64,000 nucleotides of DNA. Source: an uncultured Chloroflexia bacterium (GTDB lineage Bacteria > Chloroflexota > Limnocylindria > Limnocylindrales > CSP1-4). The translations under genes were made by a program, and so were the position numbers. The notes under the pieces are model-generated. The model had not been told where the DNA came from and did no database searches. It worked only from the letters and a program-made list of their open reading frames with translations. Position 1 is the first letter of the stretch. Every line of letters begins with the position of its first letter. The DNA lies in assembly GCA_963735865.1 (NCBI GenBank), contig CAVTML010000002.1, forward strand, positions 1,811,871-1,875,870, written 5' to 3'. Below, one piece after another: positions 9,351 through 17,868 of the stretch.

Positions 9351-10703
9351 ATGCACACGATGAGCGGCAGGATCGGACGGACGGGCCGCGCCATGCTCCT
9401 CGCAGCGACTGGCGCGCTCCTCCTCACGGGCGCGGTGCGCGCCGCCTCCCCCACCCCGAACGTGGTCGTGCTGCCGACCACCGGCGTCGTCGACCAGGTC
9501 ATGGCCGGCTACCTCGCCGATGGCATCTCGCGCGCGGAGGCGGACGGCGCGGCGGCCGTGATCATCCAGCTGGACACGCCCGGCGGCGACCTCTTCTCCA
9601 CGAACGACATCGTGGGGTCGGAGCTGAGCGCCACCATCCCGGTCATCGTGTGGGTGGCGCCCGCGGGCGGCTTCGCGGCGAGCGCCGGCACGTTCATCAC
9701 CCTGGCCAGCAACATCGCCCTGATGGCGCCCGGCACGAGCATCGGCGCGGCGTCGCCGGTCGGCAGCGGCGGCACGGACATCACCGGCACCGAGGGCCAG
9801 AAGGTCACCAACGACGCCGCGGCCAAGATCCAGTCGATCGCCGAGACCCGCGGCCGCAACGTGGACTGGGCCCGCTCGACCGTCCTCCAGGCCGCCAGCG
9901 CCAGTGCCACCCAGGCCGTCTCGCTCAAGGCGGTCGACGGCATCGCCGCCACCCTGCCGGACGTCCTCGCCTTCGCCAACGGCAGGACGGTCACGGTGGG
10001 CTCCTCGCAGGTCACGCTCCACCTTGACGGCGCGACCACGACGGAGATCGACATGGGGCCGATCCAGATCCTGCTGCACCTGTTGGCCGACCCGAACATC
10101 GCCTTCGTCCTCTTCATCATCGGCGGCCTGGGCCTGGTCGGTGAGCTGTTCCACCCCAACTTCTTCACCGGCACCGTGGGCGCGATCGCGCTTGTGCTGG
10201 CGTTCATCGGCTTCGGCAGCCTGCCGCTCAACATCGCCGGGCTGATCCTCATCGCGCTGGCCATCGGGCTGTTCGTGGCGGAGGCGTTCGTGCCCAGCCA
10301 CGCCCTGCTGGCGGCCGGCGGACTCGTGTGCCTCGTGCTTGGCGGTGGCACGCTCTACGCCGCGCCCGGCACCCCGACCGGGCCGGATGTGACCGTCGCG
10401 GTGCCGGTCCTGGTGGCCGTGGTGATCGGGGCGGGGCTGTACCTGCTCGTCGTGATCACGGCGGCGACCCGCACCCGCAAGATGCGCGGCTCACCCGGGA
10501 CCGTCGGCCAGGGCCTGGCGCCCGGGCTTCAGGGCGAAGTGCGTCGCCCGCTCGACCCGGAGGGCTCGGTCTACGTGGGCGGGGAGGAATGGTCGGCCCG
10601 GACGGCCGACCAACGACCCCTCCCCCGCGGCACCCCCGTGCGGGTCATCCGCCAGGACGGTTTGGTCGTGCTCGTGGAGCCCCTGGAGGGCGCCGCCGGC
10701 TGA
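9351..10703 (+). CDS. NfeD-family membrane-bound ClpP-class serine protease (long form: protease + TM bundle + C-terminal OB)
   Basis: Intact 450 aa. Signal/TM segment, then VVVLPTTGVVD...IIQLDTPGG...AASAGTFI..., four or more hydrophobic helices, and a C-terminal GEEWSARTADQ..PRGTPVRVIRQDGLVVLVEP. GAAGGAG lies 9 nt upstream of the ATG. Confidence 0.85.
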   Translation: MHTMSGRIGRTGRAMLLAATGALLLTGAVRAASPTPNVVVLPTTGVVDQVMAGYLADGISRAEADGAAAVIIQLDTPGGDLFSTNDIVGSELSATIPVIVWVAPAGGFAASAGTFITLASNIALMAPGTSIGAASPVGSGGTDITGTEGQKVTNDAAAKIQSIAETRGRNVDWARSTVLQAASASATQAVSLKAVDGIAATLPDVLAFANGRTVTVGSSQVTLHLDGATTTEIDMGPIQILLHLLADPNIAFVLFIIGGLGLVGELFHPNFFTGTVGAIALVLAFIGFGSLPLNIAGLILIALAIGLFVAEAFVPSHALLAAGGLVCLVLGGGTLYAAPGTPTGPDVTVAVPVLVAVVIGAGLYLLVVITAATRTRKMRGSPGTVGQGLAPGLQGEVRRPLDPEGSVYVGGEEWSARTADQRPLPRGTPVRVIRQDGLVVLVEPLEGAAG

Positions 10704-10711
10704 CAGGGTAT

Positions 10712-10741
10712 TTGACCAATCAGACCAATCTGACCTATCAT
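10712..10741 (+). promoter_or_regulatory. candidate leaderless promoter with direct-repeat operator for the 10748 TA operon
   Basis: TTGACC (10712-17), 18-nt spacer, TATCAT (10736-41), then 6 nt (10742-10747) before the ATG at 10748. GACCAATC is repeated at 10714-21 and 10723-30, plus GACC at 10732-35. Confidence 0.4.
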
Positions 10742-10747
10742 GCCCAC

Positions 10748-11209
10748 ATGAAGGCCCCATTGGTTCCGACCGTCGACTTCTCGCCGGCCAAAGCTGGTCT
10801 GTCCGAGCTCATGGACGACGTCTTCCATCGCCATCGCCTGCAGGTGATCTCCCGCCACCATGGCAAGGAGCAGATGCTTCTGATCCGTCCGGAGGACCTG
10901 GTGGCCATGGTCGCCGACCAGCGGTTCGACGTGCGGGCCGTGTACGACGGCGGGGAGGTCACCCTGCGCGTGCCCGAACTCGGGGTACTCGGTTTCGGCG
11001 ACAGCCTCGACGCGGCCACCGAGGACCTGCTCGCCGAGGTGCGGGTGTATGTCGAGCGGTTCTTCGAGGACCCATCGCGGTACCTCGCTGGTCGGGGTGC
11101 GCCGCCCCTCGCGATGCTGCGCTTCGCGCTCGGCGGAGAGGATGAGCAGCGCGCTGCGCTGGGCATCCGCGCGGAGCGATCCCAGGCGGACGTCGTCGTC
11201 GCGCATTGA
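10748..11209 (+). CDS. composite antitoxin: Phd/YefM-like N-domain fused to a HicB-like (UPF0150) domain
   Basis: N-terminus FSPAKAGLSELMDDVFHRHRLQVISRHHGKEQMLLIRPEDLVAMV (YefM pattern). C-terminal half VYDGGEVTLRVPELGVLGFGDSLDAATEDLLAEVRVYVERFFED (HicB_lk pattern). The stop overlaps the next start (TTGA at 11206-09). Confidence 0.6.
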   Translation: MKAPLVPTVDFSPAKAGLSELMDDVFHRHRLQVISRHHGKEQMLLIRPEDLVAMVADQRFDVRAVYDGGEVTLRVPELGVLGFGDSLDAATEDLLAEVRVYVERFFEDPSRYLAGRGAPPLAMLRFALGGEDEQRAALGIRAERSQADVVVAH

Positions 11210-11616
11210 AGACGCCGGACTGGGATGAGGTCCGCGCCTTCCTGCGCTATGACCGCTGGGATCCGGACCGAGCGCGCTCGACGGACCACGACTACTTCGT
11301 GAAGACACTGCCCACCGGCGAGACCCTGGTCACGAAGGTCTCACGCTCGGGTGCGAAGACGATGAGCATGGGACGCTTCAAGGCGATCCTCTCGGATCAG
11401 CTCCGTGTCAACGAAGCCCAGTTCTGGGACGTCGTTCGCTTGAAGGCACCGGCCGAACGGCCCTCCCCTGAGCCTGAGCCGGCGCCTTCCTCGCTGCCCC
11501 TATGGCTCGCGCAACAGCTCCAACGCGCTGGCATCCTGCCGGCGGAGATCGAACGGCTGGACGAAGGGGCTGCCCGTACGCTCCTGGACGAGGTGCGCTC
11601 GCGAGCGCGGGACTGA
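11206..11616 (+). CDS. HicA/YcfA-like putative mRNA-interferase toxin with a C-terminal extension
   Basis: WDEVRAFLRYDRWDPDRARSTDHDYFVKTLPTGETLVTKVSRSGAKTMSMGRFKAILSDQL fits the HicA fold pattern (x-W-...-H-...-SMG-FKAIL). TTG start. Confidence 0.5.
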   Translation: MKTPDWDEVRAFLRYDRWDPDRARSTDHDYFVKTLPTGETLVTKVSRSGAKTMSMGRFKAILSDQLRVNEAQFWDVVRLKAPAERPSPEPEPAPSSLPLWLAQQLQRAGILPAEIERLDEGAARTLLDEVRSRARD

Positions 11617-11623
11617 CGCTCCC

Positions 11624-11878
11624 TCAGTAAACCTCGTCGTGAGACCCGAGGTTGACGAGGAACGCCTCCTCGCCTTGCCAGCGAAAGAGGACGCGCAGGT
11701 CGTCGTCGACGCTGAGGGCCCAGTGACCGTCGAGGTCGCCCGTCAGCTTGCGGGTGCGGAGGAGCGGGTCTTTCGGGTCGGCGGCAAACCTGCGGAGGGC
11801 GGCGCGGAGCATCGTGGCCTGGGGTTCGCGGAGCTTCCTCGCCCTTCGCAGGAACCGACTCGAGGCCGTGAACCGCAA
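11624..11878 (-). CDS. RelE/ParE-superfamily toxin
   Basis: (TTG) RFTASSRFLRRARKL...DPLLRTRKLTGDLDGHWALSVDDDLRVLFRWQGEEAFLVNLGSHDEVY. Starts 1 nt after the antitoxin stop. Confidence 0.7.
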   Translation of the reverse strand: MRFTASSRFLRRARKLREPQATMLRAALRRFAADPKDPLLRTRKLTGDLDGHWALSVDDDLRVLFRWQGEEAFLVNLGSHDEVY

Positions 11879-11879
11879 G

Positions 11880-12155
11880 TCAGGGCCGAAGCTCGTTGAG
11901 CAGCTGCTCCACGTCGTCGAAGATGCGAGCCTCGCCGGCCAGGTACTCGGCTTCGGCCTCGCGGACCTCGCGCAGGAACACTGAGCGCCGCAGGGCGGTG
12001 AGCTCCGCCTGATCGCGTTCGAAGCGCTCGGGGCTGACGATGTACGCGGCGGGTCGTGAGCGCTGGAGCACGACCAGGGGTTCGTCGCTGGCCTGGATAT
12101 CGTCGATGACGTCGGCCACACGCTGCCGCAGGTCGCTGATCGGGATGCTCTTCAC
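11880..12155 (-). CDS. Phd/YefM family antitoxin
   Basis: MKSIPISDLRQRVADVIDDIQASDEPLVVLQRSRPAAYIVSPERFE...; intact 91 aa. Confidence 0.8.
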   Translation of the reverse strand: MKSIPISDLRQRVADVIDDIQASDEPLVVLQRSRPAAYIVSPERFERDQAELTALRRSVFLREVREAEAEYLAGEARIFDDVEQLLNELRP

Positions 12156-12162
12156 GCGTTGC

Positions 12163-12190
12163 AGTGTACGTTCTAACGTACGCCTGTCAA
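12163..12190 (-). promoter_or_regulatory. candidate leaderless promoter and palindromic operator of the yefM-relE-like operon
   Basis: On the minus strand: TTGACA (12190-85), 16-nt spacer, TACACT (12168-63), 7 nt, then GTG at 12155. The palindrome GTACGTT-CT-AACGTAC (12166-12181) lies in the spacer. Confidence 0.45.
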
Positions 12191-12195
12191 TACGT

Positions 12196-12257
12196 TGATG
12201 CTCGCTGACCCGATTTCTGATGAACCCTCCGCGCTGATGCGCTCGAAGTCATCAGGG
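12196..12257. repeat. copy B of the intergenic repeat, with nested hairpin CCCTCC-gcg-CTGATG-(loop)-CATCAG-ggtcg-GGAGGG extending to 12266
   Basis: See copy A. CTGATG (12234-39) pairs with CATCAG (12250-55), and CCCTCC (12225-30) pairs with GGAGGG (12261-66). Confidence 0.6.
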
Positions 12258-12274
12258 TCGGGAGGGCGCGGTGG

Positions 12275-13665
12275 CTACACGCCGTGTTCGAGCTGGCGCG
12301 CGTACTCCGCTGCGTCGTAGTGACCCGACGAGGCGGCGACCAGGCCGTCATCGTCGATCGTCCATTCCTCGTAGCCGACCACCCTGACGGCCTTGCCGGT
12401 TCCGCCCGGCCCGGTATTCGTGCCCGTGAACGTCCAGTGGTACTCGATGCGGGCACCATCGACGATGAGGTCGTTCATGTAGACCTGCATGTCCGGCAGG
12501 GCGGTGTAGAAACCCTGGGCGGTGGCCGTGATGGCATCCCGACCCACCGCCGGCGCCCCGCCGTTGATGGCCAGCGAGCCACCTGGAGCGAAGTGCGCGG
12601 CCACTCGGCGCGGATCCATGCTGCACCACGCCGCGGTGTAGTCCGTCGCGAACCGACGGAGCATTTCGGGATCGCGCGACATCGCGGTACCTCCTGTGTC
12701 GTCGCCGCCCATCGTGAGCACGACGTTGCCCGTCTTGTGCCAGCCCTCCACGTACCGGTGGGCCTCGACCGCCCGCTCCATGGGATACGTCCGATCCACG
12801 ACCGGGTGGAACTTGCGGGCCTCGATCAGCGCCTTCATGTGCTCCACGTCCTGGCGGCTGCGCCGCCCGATGGCGATCTTCAGCCGCTTGTCGCCGACCC
12901 AGCGTGTGGTGATCGCCAACGACGAACGTCATGAGTCCGTCCTGGCCAGTGTCGGTGGCGACGTAGATACCGCCCGGCTTGAGCGCGACCCGGCCCTTGC
13001 GGAACGAGTACTTGCCCACCGCGTCGATGATCGCGTCGAAGGGCCCGTAGCTTGCGGAAGTCGTCCTGCGTGTAGTCCACGACCTCGTCGGCACCCAGGG
13101 ACCGCACCAGCTCGAGGTGCGCGGTGCTGCACACGCCGGTGACGTGCGCGCCCATCTCATGCGCGAGCTGCACGGCCGCTGTGCCTAGCGAGCCGGACGC
13201 GCCGTAGATGACGAGCCGCTGGCCCGCCCTTGTCCCGGCCTGACGGAGCGTCGACAGCGCCTGGCCGGCCCCATCGCAGACCGCGGCCGCCTCCTCGAAG
13301 GTGATGTTGGCCGGCTTGAGGGCCAACGCGCCGGTCGCGCGCAGGCAGATGTACTCGGCATGGGCCCTGAAGCCCGGCGGCGTACCGAAGACGGCGTCAC
13401 CCACGTGGAACTGACTCACGCCGGCGCCCATCGCCTCGACCTCACCGGACAGCTCGACGCCGAGCGTTCGCCAGCGAGGCCGTCGGAACCCGCCGATCAG
13501 GCGATAGACGATCTCGCGGCCGGCCCGGGCGTGGGTATCGGACTGGCTCACAGTGGACGCGCGGATCCGGATGAGGATCTCACCGTCTCGCGGGACCGGC
13601 TTCTCGACCTCCTCGATCCGCAGGACCTCCGGCGGCCCCCACTCGTCCTGGACGACGGCTCTCAT
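12275..13665 (-). pseudogene. MDR-family zinc-type/quinone oxidoreductase reading in-frame into a C-terminal SnoaL-like (NTF2-fold ester cyclase-like) domain, two frame breaks (about 13060 and about 12915)
   Basis: MRAVVQDEWGPPEVLRIEEVEKP...YGASGSLGTAAVQLA... / YGPFDAIIDAVGKYSF..KPGGIYV / KIAIGRRSRQDVEHMKALIEARKFHPVVDRTYPMERAVEAHRYVEGWHKTGNVVLTMGGDDTGGTA-MSRDPEMLRRFATDYTAAW...GYEEWTIDDDGLV. There is no stop between the two parts. An internal ATG at 12682 is preceded by AGGAGG, so a separate SnoaL gene (12275..12682) is also possible. Confidence 0.65.
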
Positions 13666-13678
13666 GGCGCGATTGTCC

Positions 13679-14681
13679 TCAATACGTGATAGGGAGGCGC
13701 TCGCAGGAGTGGGCCAGACAGGGCAGGCCCAGCAGGTCCTGCGTCGTGCGCAGGAGGCTGTAGTGATCCGCGTACGTCGTGATCGACATGCCTGGCCCCA
13801 TGCCGGGCGCGACGATCAGGGTCGCGATGTGGCCGCCGGCGTCGCCGTGCGAGCCGGCGCTGGTGGTGCCCTCGTCGAACGTGATGAACAGCACGCCGGA
13901 AGCGAAGACGGGGCTGTCGGTGATGAGCGGCACGAACTCGCGCAGGAAGGCGTCGCCCTGGGCCACCGAGCCATCGTGCATGTCGTTGATCAGGTTGGGC
14001 GTGATGAACGCGAAGGCGGCGGCCGCGGGGAAGAAGTTCCGCAACGGCTGGATGTTGGCGCACTGGACGGGGTCGCCCGACACGTAGGTGAAGCTGATGG
14101 CGGGGTCGTGCTTGCGCGCGTAGGCGCCGTCCGCGCCGGGCCCGTCGGGCTGAACCGCGGCGCTGCTGCCCGTGAAGCAACCGAACGGGTAGTCCTGCTC
14201 GTAGGCCCGCCACTGCGACCCGGCCGCGGTGAGCTGGCGAAAGAGGCTGTCAGCGCTGAGGTTGTAGGTGCCGTCGGTGGTGACGCCGAGCGTGGAGCCG
14301 GCGACCATCGCGATGTAGTTGGGCTCGGACGGGTGGGTCGTCGCGTAGTAGTTCGGTGAGCAGCGCGTACTTCGCGGCGAGGCTGTTGAGGTACGGCGCC
14401 TCCTTGCTGCCGATGATGCTGCCGTACTCGTGGTTCTCCATGACGATCCACCAGACGTGCTCGACCGACCGCGCCGACGTGGCGGAGACGGAAACCCGAC
14501 GGCACGGGCGGAGGCTGCGTCGGCGGGGTGGTTGCGACGGCCAGGGTCGGGCGTGATGCGTGGCGGTCGCCGTGGCCGACGGCGTCGGCAGTCCGGGTCC
14601 GGAGAACAGCACGAACCCGATCAGGACGAGCGCGACCGCCATCACGAGGCCGACGAGGAGGTTGGACCGGCGAGCTGGCAC
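13679..14681 (-). pseudogene. phosphoesterase family protein (PF04185-type acid phosphatase/phospholipase C-like), at least one frame break near 14340
   Basis: N-terminal TM segment LLVGLVMAVALVLIGFVLF; VEHVWWIVMENHEYGSIIGS..APYLNSLAAKYALLT / NYYATTHPSEPNYIAMVAGST...ITPNLINDMHDGSVAQGDAFL...LFITFDEG. Confidence 0.7.
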
Positions 14682-14683
14682 CC

Positions 14684-17600
14684 TCAGACCGGCAGAAGCG
14701 ACTGCAGTTGGGCCAGGACCCCGTCGGAGATCGAGGCCGGACCGCCCAGGACGATGATCCGCTGCGGCTTGAGGCGGGCCAGCTCGGCGGCGGTGTAGGC
14801 GTTGAGCGGGCCGCTCGGGCCCGTCAGCAGGACCGGACCGCGCAGGGTGCCCGCGGCGGCCGCCCCGGTCAGGGCATCGGGGAAGGTGGCGCCGTCGGCG
14901 ATGTAGGCCACCGGCACGCCCGGGGCGAACGTGGCGGCACTCACGAGGGCCGCCGTCTGGTAGCGATCGACCCCGCCCTCGCGCAAGACCGTGTGCTTCG
15001 TGGCATACGCCGCGAGGGCGGCCAAGACCCCGTCGGCGATCGAGGCCGGACCGCCCAGGACGATGATCCGCTGCGGCTTGAGGCGGGTCAGCTCGGCGGC
15101 GGTGTAGGCGTTGAGCGGGCCGGTCGGGCCCGTCAGCAGGACCGGACCGCGCAGGGTGCCCGCGGCGGCCGCCCGGTCAGGGCATCGGGGAAGGTGGCGC
15201 CGTCGGCGATGTAGGCCACCGGCACGCCCGGGGCGAACGTGGCGGCACTCACGAGGGCCGCCGTCTGGTAGCGATCGACGCCGCCCTCGCGCAAGACCGT
15301 GTGCTTCGTGGCATACGCCGCGAGGGCGGCCAAGACCCCGTCGGCGATCGAGGCCGGACCGCCCAGGACGATGATCCGCTGCGGCTTGAGGCGGGTCAGC
15401 TCGGCGGCGGTGTAGGCGTTGAGCGGGCCGGTCGGGCCCGTCAGCAGGACCGGACCGCGCAGGGTGCCCGCGGCGGCCGCACCGGTCAGGGCATCGGGGA
15501 AGGTGGCGCCGTCGGCGATGTAGGCCACCGGCACGCCCGGGGCGAACGTGGCGGCACTCACCAGGGCCGCCGTCTGGTAGCGATCGACCCCGCCCTCACG
15601 GAGTAACGGCGGCGGTTCGTATTCGATCCCGGTCTCGGTGGGAAGCGATTGGTTCCCGGCCGCGTCAACGAAGCTGACGAAGGCGTTGTATTGACCGCGC
15701 GGTGGCGGGTCACCGGTCGTCGGGTCGAGGAGCGACCATTGGATCGTCGTGGCATACGGCAAGGTCACGGGGATTCCAGAGCTCTGCGGGGTGACCACCA
15801 CCGACGCAACGCCGGTGCCGACATCCGTCGCACTGAGGTCAAGGGTGACGTCGGTCGACGTCGTCGTCAGGGCCCCGTCGTTCATGGCAGCGCTGCCTTC
15901 CGGTGGCGTTTCGTCTGCAACGAGCAGGTAGATGATGGAGGCAGTGACTGGAGCGGACCAGTTACCTGCGGCGTCCTGGCACTCGGCCGTGACGTTCCTC
16001 GGGCCTGGAGAAGCCCCACCGTGCGCCGGGTCCGTCAGCGACCAGTCGATCGCCGTGGGATACGGATACGTCGTCCAGTTCGTGCCGTCCGGTGAGACGC
16101 GGAACGTGCGGCGTCGAGCCCAGGTAATCCTCACACTCGATGGTCAGCGGAAGGCTCGCTGCGGTTGTCGTGGGGAAGCCGTTTCCAAGGGTCACGTTCA
16201 CGGTAGGCGGGTCGTCATCGACGACCGTGACGCGGCGCACTGCCGAGTGGAACTCCAGCTGTGTACCGATCGCCGTCACCCGCCAATACCAGTCGCCGGG
16301 CGCGAGCGCGACCGGCAGGAGCGGGTCCTCGTAGCTCGAATCCGAGCGGGTGGCGGCAAAGTCCGGTGTTCGGCTCCACTCCACGAAGTACTGGCGCGTC
16401 GTGGGCACGGGCTGCCACGACAGCGTGGCCGTGGACATCGGTACTGATGCTCCGTCGTCCGGGCCGGTGAGCACCGGGCCCACGTTCGGTGAGGTGGTGA
16501 AGTGGTTCACGACCGACCACGGGCCCTGCTCACCCGCGGGACCCAGCTCCCGGAGCCGCCAGGCATAGGCGGTCCCGGCGTCGAACGGGAACTGCCAGAT
16601 GACCTGACCGATCGTGCTGGTCGTGTCGTGGACGAGTGCGCCGAACGGGTCCGGTTCCGCTCCCCACTGGATCTCGTACTGATACGTCGCGGGATCGAGT
16701 TGCCATTGGAACGGCGTGTCGGCGCTGCCGGTGATCGTCGATCCGTCGGCCGGCGCGATCAGGGTCGGCGCGACCAGGGTCGGCGGAGCGGGCGGATCCA
16801 TGGCCGGCGCGGCGGCATCGATGACCACCGAGTGAGTCGCCGACCAGGCGCCAAAGAGGTTGTCGGTGGTCTCCGACCGAACGCGCCACAGGAAACCGGC
16901 GGGAAAGGCCGGCCCGCAGCAGGCGACCCAGGGCGTCTTTGGCAGCAGGACGTCCGGATGGCTGAACGTGGGGTCGGTCACGTCCGCCGCCTCGACGTAG
17001 TACTGAGCCGTGCCCGTAACGGGCTGCCACTGGAGCACCGCGTTGGCCACGTGGGCGCCATCGGCGGGCGCGACGAGTGACGGAGTCGAATCCCACGTGA
17101 CGGTCACGGCTCGTGCCGCCGACCACGGGCCGACCTGGATACGCTCCATCGTGCGTGCACGGACCCGCCAATAGAGCCGTTGGTTGGGCACCAGGTCGTT
17201 CCCTTGGAGCAGGGTCCCGGTGAGCGCGATCGGTCCGTCTCCGATGATCGTCGTGAATCCACGATCGAGTGCGAACTCGATCTCGTAGTCGTATGCGCCA
17301 GCCACGGCAGACCATCGCAGCGGTCCGGGCGATCCCGGGAACGCGAGGACGGCGCCATCCGCGGGTGCGAGGAGCAACGGGGCCGTCGTGATGCGCGGCA
17401 GCTTGATCAGGACGCGCGGTGCCGACCATGGGCCTGCTCGCCCATCGAAGCCGATCGACACCGCCCGCCACCACAGGATCCCCGCTGGGAGTTCCGTGTT
17501 GTCCATCCCCACCGTCAGGGCCCCACTGTCCCCGATGACGTCATTGAAGCCGGGGTCCGTCGCGACCTCAGCGCCGTAGTACTCGGCGCCGGGAACGGTC

Positions 17601-17791
17601 GTCCAGGTCAGCACCGGGTTGGTGGTGAAGGTCGCGCCATCGGCGGGCGACAGCAGGGTCGGGGGGCCGGGTGGCGATGGCTCGATCGGACCGGTCGCAC
17701 CGACTCGTCCTGGGGCGGCGGCCAGCGACGAGGCGACCAGCAGGCACGCCAGCGACAGCCGCAGGATCCCCCGCTTCATGTCATCTCCCAC
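14684..17791 (-). pseudogene. large secreted wall protein: signal peptide, about 6 repeats of an Ig/FN3-like module of about 90 aa, two further beta-modules, and three C-terminal CWB2 (cell-wall-binding repeat 2) units; two frame breaks (about 16100 and 15172)
   Basis: MKRGILRLSLACLLVASSLAAAPG signal. Recurring L.APADGA....P..L.W..V.GA..Y..E module. CWB2 units GVDRYQTAALVSAATFAPGVPVAYIADGATFPDALTGAAAAGTLRGPVLLTGP.GPLNAYTAAEL.RLKPQRIIVLGGPASI.DGV. Confidence 0.75.
14712..15600. repeat. three tandem near-identical coding repeats (periods 309 and 308 nt) encoding the CWB2 units
   Basis: GATGATCCGCTGCGGCTTGAGGCGGG recurs starting at 14753, 15062 and 15370. The copies differ at only a handful of positions by eye. 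Confidence 0.9.
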
Positions 17792-17868
17792 CGACCGGCC
17801 AAGCAGCCGGTGCGCATCCTACGGCCGACCCCCAACGGTGGCAATGCCGCCGGTGCCGGACGGCACCC

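Noticed and set aside
12196-12267. Hammerhead ribozyme or fluoride riboswitch in the repeated element (CUGAUGA on the minus strand, CUGAUGAACCCUCC on the plus strand)
   Set aside because: The G-C closing pair and the CGAAA junction required after stem II are missing. Copy A has GUGAUGA. The upstream half of the fluoride motif (GG.GAUGG..U.C.CC..AACC.CC) is absent.
14712-15600. Regularly spaced repeats that might suggest a CRISPR-like array
   Set aside because: The period is about 309 nt with no unique spacers. The repeats are in-frame protein domain (CWB2) units.
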